Source: the human T2T-CHM13v2.0 reference genome, Homo sapiens. From it: a stretch of 64,000 nucleotides of DNA. The notes under the pieces are model-generated. The model was not told the DNA's origin and made no database searches. It was given only the letters and a program-made list of their open reading frames with translations. Shown here piece by piece: positions 1 to 13,494 of the stretch. The position numbers and the translations under genes were made by a program. The stretch lies in NCBI RefSeq assembly GCF_009914755.1, contig NC_060928.1; one strand, given 5' to 3'. Each line of letters opens with the position of its first letter. Positions within the stretch are counted from its first letter, which is position 1.

Positions 1-220
1 CCTTTCTTCATTGCTTATTTTTATTGACTTCATTGAAAATCATATGGCTGTAAGTGTATGGCTTTGTTTCTGGGTTGCCTATTCTGCTGGTCTATGGTCT
101 ATTTGCCTGTTTTTGTGCCAGAGTACCATTTTGTTTTAATTCTTGTAGCCTTATAGTTTGAAGTCAGGCAATGTGATGCCTCTGGCTTTGTTCCTTTTGC
201 TTAGCATTGCTTTGGCTGAA
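1..220 (-). mobile_element. L1 ORF2 fragment (old L1M-type), runs off the left edge
   Basis: tagtttgaagtcaggcaatgtgatgcctctggctttgttccttttgcttag is typical antisense L1 ORF2 sequence. Confidence 0.8.
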
Positions 221-239
221 TTCAGCCTTTGTTTCTTTT

Positions 240-712
240 CATTCATTGTGATAAAAGTTAAGTTATTTTCCATTTAAAATAACTTTTTATAAATCTGAGA
301 TTTTTTTGTAAGCCTCCTGGTAACTACAAAGGAAAAACACACAATGGATATGCTAAAAAAAAAAAAAAAGTAATTGAAACATACTACAGGAGAAAATCAC
401 TTAACCAAAAACAAAGATGTTAATAAAGAGTAACAAAACAACCAAAAAATAACAAAATGGCAGTAGTAAATGCTTGCCTATCAATAATAACATTGAATAT
501 AAATGGACTAAATTTTCCAATTAAAAGACAGACTGACTGAATGGATTTTAAGAAACAGATCCAACTATATGCTGCCTACAAGAAACTAACTTCACTGTAA
601 AGATACACAGAATGAGAGCGAAGGTATGGAGAAAGATATTTTACACAAACGAAAGTCAAAAAATAGTACGAGTAGCTATATGTGTATCAGATAAAATAGA
701 CTTCGAGTCATA
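240..712 (+). mobile_element. L1 fragment, inter-ORF region and ORF2 endonuclease N-terminus
   Basis: ataataacattgaatataaatggactaaat...tgctgcctacaagaaac encodes degenerate ITLNINGLN and CCLQE motifs of the L1 APE endonuclease. Confidence 0.8.
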
Positions 713-1073
713 TTATTATTATTAACCAGAATGAGATATTTTGTATTTTCCTAGACAGAAACATTTCACCTTCACTATATGATGCACATACTTTATAATC
801 AAAGTTAGAGTAGAAAACTGTTTTTCTTTTTATATGAACGGTCTAAGATGTTGTTTCTTACAGCATTACATTTTTAAAAAATTTAACTAAAGTCACTAAT
901 TGCTACTTGATCCCAACCCCTTGTTTAATAATGAACACATACAAATTGCTATTCTTTAAATTTTTCTACAAAATTATTTTGAATTATTTCCTCCCATTGG
1001 TTTACTTCAATTCTCGGACCCATACCTAAAAATTGTATTCACTTCTTTTTATTAGAATGCATAACATTTCTTA

Positions 1074-1358
1074 TTTTAGATAGACTTTATTTTTAGAGCA
1101 GTTTTAGGTTCACAGCAAAATTGAGCAGAACATAAAGAGGTCCCTCATATGTTTCCTACCCCTACACATACATAGCTTTCCCTATTATTGACATCCCGCA
1201 CCACAGTGGTACATTTGTTACAACCAATGAACTTACATTAGCACATCATTATCACCCAAAGTCCATACTTTACGTTAGGGTTCAGTCTTAGTGTTGTACA
1301 TTCTATGGTTTTAGATAAATGTATAATAACATATATTCATATTTATAGTAGCATACAG
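1074..1358 (-). mobile_element. L1MC-like 3' end
   Basis: ttttagagcagttttaggttcacagcaaaattgagcagaa resembles the antisense L1MC 3' terminus. L1 sequence resumes at about 4760. Confidence 0.7.
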
Positions 1359-1457
1359 TGAAGAAAATATGTCCAGGTTTATTAATCAGCACTGTATACC
1401 TTTATCAGCTGTTAAATAACAACAACAAACAATGGCAGGTTTTCAGTCTCCACCTAT

Positions 1458-2227
1458 TGAGAGGTGAAGCCAGCTGGGCTTCTGGGTCGGGTGGGGACAT
1501 GGAAAACTTTTCTCTCTAGCTAGAGGATTATAAACACACCAATCAGCACTCTGTGTTTAGCTAAAGGATTGTAAATGCACCAATCAGCACTCTGTAAAAA
1601 GGCACCAATCGGCACTCTGTGTCTAGCTAAAGAATTGTAAATGCAGCAATCAGCACTCTGTAAAAATGCACCAATCAGTGCTCTGTGTCTAGCCGAAGGA
1701 TTGTAAATGCACCAATCAGCCTCTTAAAAACGCACCAATCAGCGCTCTGTGTCTAGCTAAAGGATTGTAAATGCACCAATCAGCACTCCATAAAATGGAC
1801 CAATCGCACTCTGTAAAATGGAAAAAACAGCACTTTGTAAAATGGACCAGTCAGCAGGGTGTGAGCGGGGCCAAATAAGGGAATAAAAGCTGGCCACCAG
1901 AGCCAGCAGCGGCAACCCGCTTGGGTCACCATCCTTGCTGTGGAAGCTTTGTTCTTTCACTCTTCACAATAAATCTTGCTGCTGCTCACTCTTTGGATCT
2001 GCACCACCTTTAAGAGCTATAACACTCCCCACGAAGGTCTCCGGCTTCACTCCTGAAGTCAGCAAGACCAAGAACCCACTGGAATGAAGGAACTCCAGAC
2101 ACATCAGAAGGAACAAACTCTGAAACACCATCTTTAAGAGCTGTAACACTCACCGTGAAGGTCCGCAGATTCATTCTTGAAGTCAGCAAGACCAAGAACC
2201 CACCGGAAGGAATAAATTCCGGACACA
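1458..2227 (+). mobile_element. Solo LTR12-family (ERV9/HERV9) LTR
   Basis: TG...CA ends (tgagaggtgaagccagctggg...ggacaca), 4-bp TSD ctat (1454-1457 and 2228-2231), and characteristic tandem caccaatcagcactctgt repeats. Confidence 0.95.
1536..1890 (+). promoter_or_regulatory. LTR12 U3 CCAAT (NF-Y) repeat array with AATAAA TATA-like box
   Basis: About nine ccaatc-type repeat units, then ggaataaaagc at about 1880. LTR12 promoter activity is established for the family but not shown for this copy. Confidence 0.6.
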
Positions 2228-3028
2228 CTATGATGCTCTGTTTTTATTAAGTTTGCTGTACACTGTATTTTTTCATTAGGTGAGGAGAAGAAATATCAGA
2301 AGCAGCGGAGGAAAGAGAAATTGGGTCCTCTACAGAAGAGGAGGCATTCAGCTGGATGGCTTTTGAAAAGTGTTTCCTGTAGAGTCATCTGCAATGACTT
2401 TTGTCTGAGAAGTCTTTGATTTTATGCACTGACATGGTTTCTTGTTCTGTTATAAATATATGCTGTTCTAGTCCTTCAATAAGCCTGTCACATTTTTATC
2501 ATATCTAAAGGCACTTTTTCTGCAGTGTTAACAATGTCATCTTCATTGTCACTAATGTCATGATCATTTTAATTCAGAACAATTTTTGGCTATATTTCAA
2601 TAAATGGACAACTGGAGCCTCATTATCAATGTTAAAACATTTTCAGTATTTACTTATTCCAGCTTACTGACAGACTCTGAAGGTATATTTTTGCATATGT
2701 AGGGTCATATTTTTTTCTTTTGACATACAGAATTCTTCAAAATCACCACTTTGTTTATCATCAACATTGAACATAATTGCAGGCCAGAGATTGTGTCAGG
2801 CATACACTACTCTCTTCAGTCACTGTGTTCCAAGTGTTGGCAACAATATATACAGAATTTTTTATGCTAAATTTCTTTGGAAAACTTTCCACAAATACAC
2901 CCCTGTCCAATGTAGCTAGCATTTTATTCAGAAAGTATATATGTTATATATATATAATTACTCCTCATTGATGTAAGAATACCCTGATCACATGGCTAAA
3001 TTGATGAAATCACAGTTGAGGGAAAGTA

Positions 3029-3064
3029 TTGGCAAAAACTGCAATTACTTTTGCACCAACCTAA
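3029..3064 (-). mobile_element. Solo Hsmar1/MADE1 terminal inverted repeat
   Basis: Reverse complement reads ttaggttggtgcaaaagtaattgcagtttttgcc. TA is present on both sides (3027-3028 and 3065-3066). Confidence 0.9.
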
Positions 3065-3209
3065 TACATGCCATAAATATTATATTTGATAAAAATGTCA
3101 GCTAGAGAAGGAGCAGAAGAGTAGTTAAGAAGTAACAAAATCTCACAGTTGCCATACAGTTCATTTTATTTGAAGTGAGCATAAACCACTGGTAGAAAAT
3201 GTTTGGGCA

Positions 3210-3538
<329 letters not shown>

Positions 3539-6500
3539 TCAGAAAAGATGTTTCTGGTTATCCATGCCTTTTTGTTAACATAATAATGACCTGGTATGAA
3601 ATTCACTCCTTGAAAATAGTAAGAAGGCAAGCTTTTGTGGATCACAGCAAGTTTACATTCAGGCATGCCTACTACATTAGCACATCCAAAGACAGTCATT
3701 ATGCACTTGGCACCCTTAATTCCTGTAAGGGCCATCTTATAAACTGTAATCAATGTCTTTCTGGGGCAATAACTCCAAAATGGTGATGATTTATCAGCAC
3801 TACAGACTTATTCTGATGTCAGATTTTCATCAGTGATGATTTTGGCAAACTCATAAATTTCTCCACTGCTTCATGTTTAGCAGATGCTTTATCACCACAA
3901 ATCTTCAAAAAATTGATGCCATGTCTTTTCTTAAATTTCTACAATCACCCTGTTAAATATTAATAATTCTCTTCGGTTCTCAGTCCATTATGATAGATGA
4001 CTGTTGCATGATCAGCATACCATCAGCTGGCCTGTGTTCACTGGAGTGCTGATGGTTGCACACTTTCAATACACAATCAAGATCTTCATTTTTATCTTTA
4101 TGCAGTGTTTTTCTATTTTAACGAACTTCTGTTCATCATTTTCAGCATAGAACTTCAACAGTTTTTCCTTCTGATTCTTCAGGTCATATATGGTGGCCAT
4201 TCAAATATCAAACTCTTCTGTAAGACATTTTACACTTACAACGCTGTCCAGTTTTCTCCAATAGTTTGACATTTTGTGGTATAGATAAAAATAAATGCTT
4301 CCTTTGTTTTCTTATCACTGTTACCCATTGGGGTATCTGCAGGTCTATTTAACATTTTCAACAATATCTTTACATAATATGATAAGAAAAAAAAACATAA
4401 TGAGTAATGTATGTAGGCTTTGGCCCCATGTGGGGTATTGTGTGGAACATGCCTTTGACATGTTTGGGCCTGAACAAACATGAGTTATTACTTTTTGTGG
4501 GTGTCCTTTTGCGTGCTTTTTGTCAGGAAATCTAAGCATGCACACAAAGACATGAGAAGCTAAATAGAGCTGGTAGGGTCCTTTTTCCCTTGGGAATGCC
4601 AAGTAAACTGTATGTTGCACACCAGTGTTTTGACTGCAATCTGTTACATGAGGTCAGGTGTGACTTTTTCCAGTTTTGGTGTCATGTGAGCACTCAAAAA
4701 TTTTGAATTTTGCAGGATTTTAGATTTTGGATTTTTGGATTAAAGACTTTCAACCTGTATCTTCTTTGGTGAGGTGTCTGTTAGGGTCTTTAGCTCACAT
4801 TTTCATTGAATTGTTTGTTTTGTTGTTGTTGAGCTTTAGGACTTATTTGTATAATTTGGATAACAGTCCTTTGTTAGATATTTTGTTTGTTTTTTTTCCA
4901 AATATTTACCCCTAGTCTGTGGCTTTTTTCTTCATTTTTTGACAGTATCTTTCACAGAGCAGAAATTTCTAATTTTAATTAAATCCAGCTTATCAATTAC
5001 TTTTTAATGAATGATGCTTTTGATGATATATCTAGAAATTCATCACCAATTCAAAGTCATCTAGATTTTCTCATATGCTGTCTTTTAGTTTTATAGTTTT
5101 GCATTCTACATTTAGGTCTAAGATTCATTTTGATCTAATTTTTGTCACATGGAGCGTATGTCTTTAAATTCTTTTTTTTTTTCCTGCATGAGGATGTTCA
5201 TTTGTTCCAGCATCAATTGTTTAAAAGACTACCTTTGCTCCATTACATTGCTTTTGTTCCTTTGTTAAAGATCAGTTGACTATATTTATTAGGTCTGTTT
5301 CTGGGCTCTTTATTCTGTTCTACTGATCTGTTTGTCTACTCTTGAGACAATGCCATAGTCTTGATTACTGCAGTTTGTAATAAGTTTTGAAGTCAGATAG
5401 TGTCAATCCTTCAACTTTTTTCTTCTCTTTCAATAATGTGTTGTTTCTTCTGTCTGAGTATCTTACCTGTCCCTATAAACATTAGAATCAGTGTGTTTAT
5501 ATGTACAAAATAACTTGCCTGGGTTTTGACTGGGGCTGCGTGGAATCTATTGATATATTTGAAAAAAAAAACTGACGTTTTGAATATATTGAGTCTTCCT
5601 ATCCATAAACATGGAATTCTCTCCATTTATTTGGTTCTACTTTGATTTCTTTCATCAGATTTTGTAGTTCTGCTCATACACATTTTGTACGTGTATATTG
5701 TTAGATTTATGTCTTAAGTATTTCATTTTTTGATTGCTAGTGTAAATAGTGTTCTGTTTTTAATTTCAAATTTGAGTTGTTCATTGCAGCTATATAGGAA
5801 GGTGGTTGACTTCTGCATATTAACCTTGTGTCCTACCACTTTGCTATAATTGCTTATTAGTTCCAGAAAGAATTCTGTCAATTCTTTTCAACTTTCTACA
5901 TAGACGATTATGTCATCTGCAAACAAAGACAGTTATATTTCCTTCTCCATAATATGTATACCTTTTATTTTCTTTTCTTGTCATTGGATTCGTAGAACTT
6001 CCAATAAGATGTTGAAAAGCAGTGGTAAGAGGGTATATTATTGCTTTCTTCTTGATCTTACTGGGAAAGCTTTAAGTTTCTCAACATTAAGTACTATGTC
6101 AGTGGTAGGTTTTTTGTAGATGTCTTTTATCAAGCTGAGGAAGTTTTCCCCCATTCTGAGTTTACTGAGAGTTTTTATCATTAAATGGGGTTGGATTTTT
6201 TCAAATGCTTTTTCTGCATCTATTGATTTGTTCATCTGATTTTCTTTACATTTAGGTTATTAATATGATGGATTAATTGATTTTCACATGTTAAATCCTC
6301 CTTTCATCAGTGAGATAAATCGTCCTTGGTTATGATGTATAATTCTTTTTATACACTGCTGGACTCAGTTTGCTAATATTTTTGTTGAGGATTTGTGCAT
6401 TTATGTTTATAAAATATATTGGTTTTTAGTTTGCTTGTATTGTCTTTGTCTGTTTTGTGTATTAGGGTAATGCTGGCCTCATATAATGAGTTAGAAACTA

Positions 6501-6925
6501 TTTCTTTTGCCTCTGTCTTCTGAAAGAGATTGTAAATATCTGATAAACTCTCTTCCTTAAATGCTTGGTAGATTTCACCAGTGAATTCATCTGGGCCTTG
6601 TGCTCTCTTTGGGAATGTAACTAATTATTGATTCAATTCTTCAATAAAAATAGTCCTACTCAGATAGTCTATTTCTTCTTGTGTGACTTTTAATAAATTG
6701 TGACTGTCCAGGAGTTGGCCCATTACATGTAGGTTATCAGATTTGTGGGCATAGAGTTATTAACAAATTTTTTTTATGTCCATGGTATTTGTATTGCTAT
6801 TTCATTTTTATTTTTGATATTAGTGGATTTGTGTCTTTTCTCTTATTTCATTAGTTAGCCTGGTTATGGGCTTATACTTTTTTCATTTTCTCTATTGATT
6901 TTGTGTTATTAATTTCATTTGTTTC

Positions 6926-7055
6926 TTCTCTCTCTCTCTCTTTTTGTGAAACAGGGTCTTGCTGTATTGCCCATGCTAGACTCTAAGCTAAAGCGATCTT
7001 CCCACCTCAGCCTCCTGAGTAGATAAGACTACAACTGCATGCCACTACAGCTGGC
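6926..7055 (-). mobile_element. FLAM-like Alu monomer
   Basis: Single 7SL-derived arm (acagggtcttgctgtattgccc...cctcagcctcctgagtag) with a CT-rich tail. Confidence 0.75.
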
Positions 7056-8255
7056 TTTCTTATTTTTATTATTTCTTTTATTCTGCTTACTTTGGATTTA
7101 ATTTGCTCTGCTTTTCGGTTCTTAAGGAGGAACCTTAAGATTATTGATTGTAGGATTTCCTCTTTTCTAATATATGCAATTTCATATATTTCCTTCTAAA
7201 CCCTGCTTTTTCTGCATCCCACACATTTTGACAGTTTGTATTTTTATTTTCATTTAGTTCAAAATATTTTAAAATTTATCTTAAGACAGTTTACTCCATG
7301 TGTTTTTTATTAGTGTGTGTGTAATCTTCAAATATTTCGGGCTTTCTCAGCTATCTTTCCGTTATTGGTTTCTAGTTTAATTACATTGTCACCTGAGAGC
7401 AGACATCGACTGAGTTTTATTTTATTCTAATTTGTTAAGGTGTGTTTTCTCATCCAGAAAGTGGTCTATCTTGATGAAGATTCCATGTGAGCTTGAGATG
7501 TGAAATCTGCTATTATTGGAAGAAACAGTGTATAGATGTCCATGATATCCAGTTAATTTATAGTGTTGCTGAATTCAACTGCATCCTTACTAATTTTCTG
7601 CCTGCTGAATCTGTCCATTTCTGATAGAGGGTTATTGAAGTCTAAAACTATAATAGTATAATAGTAGATGCATCTATTACTTCTTGCTGTTCTGTCAGTT
7701 TTTGCTTCTTGTATTTTGATGTTCTGCTATTAGAAACATACACATTAGAAACTGTTATGTACTCTTGATGTTTCTTTAATTTTCTACAGTTGAAATTATG
7801 TGCCTAGATGTGTTGTTTTGTTTTCTTTGTTTTTTTGGCGTTATGCTGCTTGATGTTCTCTGAGCTTCCTGAATCTGTGGTTTAGTGTTCAACATTAAAG
7901 GACACGCTGTAATTATTGCTTCAAAGATTTCTTTTTCTTTCTTCTTCTTCTGGTTTTTGCATTAAATACAGTTTCGTTTTGTGGTTGTCTCACAGTTCTT
8001 GGATAATCTATGTTTTTGTTGTCGTTGTTTTTCAGTTTTGGAGATTTCCATAGAGATATTTTCAAGCTCAGCAATTTTTTTTTCCTGAACCATATCAACT
8101 AATAAGCCCATCAAGTGGCATTCTTCATTTCTGTTACAGCGTTTTAAATCTCCAGCGTTTCTTTTTGGTTCTTTAGGAATTTCCATCTCTCTGCTTACAT
8201 TTCCGATATGTTATTTTATGCTGTCCACTTTTATTATTAGAGCCCTTAGCATATT

Positions 8256-8526
8256 TTTTATGTCATAAGTTTCTTCATGAACACATCTAGTGTGCCACAT
8301 GAATTCGATCCATTTTTCAAAGAAAGTACATCTCTTAAAATGTTCTTCCTATCTAAGAATGAACTAAAACATCTTTATTTCTTAAGTAGTTGGTGTCTTA
8401 CCATGACGAAAGGTAGCAAATTCAGATCCAAAGTACATTATCATAATTAACAAATAGCACTTGTTTTCACAATCTCTGCATCATTAGGAGCCATTATGAG
8501 GAAGGACCAGGGAAGAATTTGCCTCC
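8256..8526 (-). pseudogene. COX7C: COX7C processed pseudogene, 5'-truncated with 5' inversion
   Basis: + strand 8466-8523 encodes RSHYEEGPGKNL. - strand 8468-8375 gives degenerate ENK...YFGSEFAT...VRHQLLKK*, followed by a COX7C-like 3'UTR ending aaacttatgacat and a short A tail. TSD agcatatt (8248-8255 and 8527-8534). Confidence 0.9.
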
Positions 8527-9573
8527 AGCATATTAATTAGAGTTGCTTTAAATTCTTAGTCTAATTACCACACCCTTGCCATATCTGAGCCAGGTTCTGA
8601 TTTTGCTCTATTTGTTCAAACAGTGATTTTTCCTGTTAGTATGCCTTGTAATTTATTCTTGATAGCCAGGTATGATATACTGTGTAAAAGGAGCTTCTGT
8701 AAATGGGATTTTTGTGATGTAGCAGTTAGATGTGGCGGGAGGGGAAGCATTCTATGATCCTACAATTTGGTCTTAGTCTTTTAATAAGCCTGTGCCTCTG
8801 GACTGTGAGTATCACACGTGCTTTTCTGCCCCCTTTTAAGTGAGACAGATAGGTAAAATGGGCTGTGGTTGAGTATTTCTCTTCTCCACATTGGAACCTA
8901 GAGTAAAGAAGAGTTGTATATTTCCCTTTCTCCATGTAGATTAGGCTCTGGTAAAACTCCAGCAGGTTAGGCTCTGGTTAAATAGTTTTTTCTTAGTGAA
9001 GACATTGTTAAGAAGAAAAGAATGTCTAGCATATTTCAAAATGGTTATTTTGCCCTTTCCCTGTAAGAAGAATGAAATAATTTTTTCTGATATTTACCAT
9101 GAGTACAAAGTCAAGGTTCTGGAAATTACACTCACCAAAGGTGGGGACATCCTTATGACTGCCTCAGACTTGAGCACACTGAGCCTCTAGCAATTCATTG
9201 ATTACATTTCAGGTTTCCTAACCTGGTACCAATTTCTGTGGTGATTTCTGCACATGGGTTTCTGCTGCAGTAAGTTGTGATTCTCTGCATTTGCTTGAGG
9301 GTATCTCTAATTTTGAGGGCAGTGTTTTGTGCTGTGATCTCACTTGTCTTATGGATCTAAGAAGAGTTTTTGATTTCTTAGTTTGTTCAGCTTTTTACTT
9401 CTTGTTAGGATGAAGTGGGAACTTCTAAGCTCTTTACATGCTGGGCTGCAAGTTGGAAGTTTCTATATTTTCTGTTGAAGTTAATATGTGCATTAATTTA
9501 TATACAAACTATGGGTAAGGTCACAAGTACTATCGTTAGCACTTATTCCTATTATTCCCTATTAACAATCCTG

Positions 9574-9978
9574 TACATTAGGCTGTTCTTGCACTACTAT
9601 AATGAACTACCTGAGACTGGGTAATTTATAAGAAAAGAGGTGTAATTGGCTCATGGTTCTGCAGGCTATACAGGAAGTATAGCAGCATCTGCTTGTGGGG
9701 AGGCCTCAGGATACTTCCAGTCATGAAAGAAGGCAAAGGGGGAATAGGCACATCGCATGGTGAAAGCTGGAGTAAGAGAGAGCGAGTTGGGGAGATGAGA
9801 GGTGCCGCACACTTTTAAATCACCAGGTCTCTCAAGAACTCCCTATCATGAAGACAGCACTAAGCCTTGGGGGATCCATCCTCATGATCCAAATACCTCC
9901 CACCAGGCCCTAATGCCACCACTGGGGATTACAGTTCAACATGATTTGTGGGAAGAGATAAATACCCAAACTGTATCA
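9574..9978 (-). mobile_element. MSTA-like MaLR solo LTR
   Basis: cctgagactgggtaatttataagaaaagagg...ggctcatggttctgcaggct, ending caaactgtatca. Confidence 0.85.
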
Positions 9979-10136
9979 TTGTGTAGCACCAGAATCTCTT
10001 TTATTTCACTTGAAATACCTGATTTCTTCTAAAATATCTAATTTGAGTAATTTACCTATATTTCTTCCTCCTTTATAATTTATCTTAATATGGTTTATCA
10101 GTTGATTATTTCTCCCACCTCATTATTTTCTGTCAC

Positions 10137-10443
<307 letters not shown>

Positions 10444-13374
10444 TAAAATAAATAGATATTTGGAAGTCCTGTTTTGGTCATTTGTGATTACGATAGTAAT
10501 TACAACTTACCCCATATGCTAAGAAAAGCAAAAGGACTATAACATAGGGATTATTACATTCTGTCTGTAAACAGGGAATGTAAAATATAATGAGTATATT
10601 TACTGCAGATCACACACCTAAAGTTGAGGAAGCAGAGAAGCCTTCTGCCACTTTTTATATAGAGTAAGTTTTTCTACTATTAAAATTTATTGTCCTACTA
10701 TATTTAACATAACAAATATTCAATTCCTCTTTCCTATTTCCGCTCCCCAGATCTATACCTTCCAATAAAAATAAGAGAGCCAAGCACTTGTCATGCATAA
10801 TATACAGCATTGTTCTGCACAGAATTATAAAAATCACTAGAGAAAGGCTTTAGATCAGCAGACTCTATTAAAAGTCTAAAGTTAAATGGGTTGGCTGTCT
10901 CCCCCACGTTGCACATATTCTTTCCAGGTAAAGCTCATGCCATTCGTTGTGTCATATGTACAAGTCAAAACTCCATATTCCTGAGCTGGGAAGTACCGCA
11001 TACTACAACATTTAGTGATACTTGAATTACTAGAATAAATGAGTGAATGACTGTGTGAATATTAGTTAGCAAAAGGGCCCTGTACTTCCTTGTCTTTGTT
11101 AGTATTTTTATTAGTAGATGAAACATCAAATTCTGTTGCTTCTAATTTTCTCAATTCACTCTTCATTAGATATGATTTGTAATTGTTTACAAATCATAGT
11201 TTTCCTTCCTTTTTCTTTTTTCTCTGTTAATTTTTCTTTCTCTCACATATTATTTTCATTGATATTGTCTCTTTCCCTTGGCAGCTATTTTTCTTTCTGG
11301 TTTTATTCTTGCATTATTTCTCATATTCTTTCTTGACAAAATTTTAGCCTTTTAGCCTTTTAAAAGCCTCAGCACATAGAGAAATATTTCTGCGGCCCTT
11401 TAACCTTATCCTTTAGCAGAGAGACTAGCTTGCATTTATAGCATAGATAATTGGTGACTACCTCAGGCAAAAGACAAACTTAGCATGTACCCTGCAGGTT
11501 CCTGAAATAGTTCCCTTGGTGTCCATACTTCTTCAGGTTAAACTCAAGTACTGTGTGACTCTTTCTGGAATCTCTTTCTGCTCTGTCAAACCACACTGAC
11601 AGCTGGTTGTGCCCATTTGCTGGGGACTCACGATCTCTAGGGTACTGCTGCCTTTAAGATAGGCTGACCACTATAATCTCCTGATGTAAATCTCTAATAA
11701 TATGTTCACTCCTACTATTTATCAATAATTTGTGCCCAAGAGATGTCAAGCCTGACCCCTTTTACAAAGCCTGTATTATTTAGTTTACATCTTCAAAAGC
11801 ATTGCTGCAAAACATTCCATTAAAAAACTATCATCTCTTTTGCAATGCGTATATGCACAAAGCTTCAAGGTGATTTTTGTGTGTGTTTGTGCATATTAGA
11901 TTTTGTTACCATGTAACTGAGCACATTGGAACATACATGCCTGCCAAAATAAGAAGGAATTTAAAGCAGCTTGCTATTTATTTGAAGAAAGGAAAATTGG
12001 AAAGAACTATATGCTGTCTCCACCCCATTAGTAACTTATAAATTACTATTATCTCTATTTAACCATACAAAGGATAAAATCTAGAGTCATAGAAGGTAAA
12101 CGAAGAATTCAGAAATAATCCTAAATGAGAAATAAAATCGATATATTCAATTTGAAATTCTAGCTTGCTAGTGATACTTCTAATTCTTAAATAGTATAGT
12201 GATTCTTTCTTGCGCACACACATCAACTGATTGTTTAATGATGATAGTTTAGAAACTGGCTAAAATATATTATTATAGAATATTTGAAAATTGATAACAT
12301 TTTTTTATTATAAAACTATAATTTTATTTTAAGAATCACTACGTTTTTATAGTATAAATTGTGAAAAAGTAAAACAAAGTATAGCAACTTTCAAGGAAAG
12401 ATGTTCATATAACCTGTATGTCTTCATAATTCAATGCCACATATCATGGGGTCAAAGCACATTCCAAAGGATAAAACCACACCTTTAAAGTTTTCTATAT
12501 CAAATGCATGAGAAAGAAAATCATTCCTTCTGCCATAAAATTTCAACTTAGTTATTCACAGTATAGCATCTTCACAGAACAACCTGGAAAAGAAATTTTG
12601 GTGAATAATTTATAAGTCAAAAGTAAAGCCAAGGGAGCAATCCAATATATATATATATATATAAATGTTATCATAGAGCACATAGAACTCAGACAACATA
12701 TCAAAGTGTAAAGAAAAGCAAACAAAACAAAACAAAGTTTACATTTACATGAGAAGTAAAGATTGCCTTTAAGAAAATAGGTAGGTCATAAATATACCAA
12801 AATGATGATACTTGGAAGAACTATAATAGGTTTAAATGTTTTGAAAGATATATGTGTAATTAAAAAAAAACTAAACACGTCTATGAACATTTAATTCTTA
12901 ATATTTTCACATAGAACAATTTGTGCTGCTGAAACAGAAAAAAAAATAATAAAGAGAACCAATTTTCTTCTTCAAAATGATAAATCAAAGCCAATAGAAT
13001 TTTTTTTTCTTTTTCATTCCAACATTCTTGAGCCTTCTATGGTTCATACAGTTCAATCACTTATTTACTGTCAACACCCAACCCATAGTTATTTTTGTTT
13101 GTTTCTCATTATGCTTTTATACACAAGGCGTCAATATTAAGATCAGCCTTCATCAGAACAAACATGGATAGTGGTTGCTATACATTTGAGGATTCTGGAC
13201 ATGCTATAGCAATATGTAGACTCAAGTGTTCCATAATCACTTACACAATAAAATGGGGAAAATATATTGACTTAAATTTATCGCTCAAGATACTTACTAG
13301 TATCTTTAATACTAGCTTATAATAGTCTGTAAGATTAGTTAATATAAGAAAACTATTTGTGGTAAAATAGACTT

Positions 13375-13489
13375 TTATTCAGATGCAAATGGATTTTAAT
13401 CCTGGTTGTGCCATTTATAAGTTATGTAATTTTGGAAAGCTATGTGGAATCTCAGTGTTCACATCTAGTAAAGGGACATAAAATGTATA
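13375..13489 (+). mobile_element. MIR, 5' portion (split by the MLT2/ERV-L element)
   Basis: ttaatcctggttgtgccatttataagttatgtaattttggaaag...ctcagtgttcacatctagtaaaggg resembles the MIR core. Confidence 0.65.
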
Positions 13490-13494
13490 CTTGT

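Larger units (their letters stand above)
4760..9460 (-). mobile_element. Long old L1 (L1MC/L1M4-like), ORF2 through ORF1/5' region, degraded
   Basis: ORF 6038-6235 (SIDAEKAFEKIQ...KLKAFP) is L1 RT and ORF 5411-5626 (IPCLWIGRLNI) is L1 ORF2. The 5' boundary is approximate. Confidence 0.85.

Noticed and set aside
1-712. Opposite-orientation L1 pieces as a twin-priming event
   Set aside because: The pieces come from distant parts of ORF2 and the rest lies outside the window, so they cannot be linked.
1536-1850. Regularly spaced repeats resembling a CRISPR array
   Set aside because: These are the known LTR12 U3 tandem repeats. The spacers repeat each other, the context is eukaryotic, and there are no cas genes.
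11380-11715. Possible ancient LTR fragment
   Set aside because: Composition is suggestive, but I could not identify termini, a TSD or a family.
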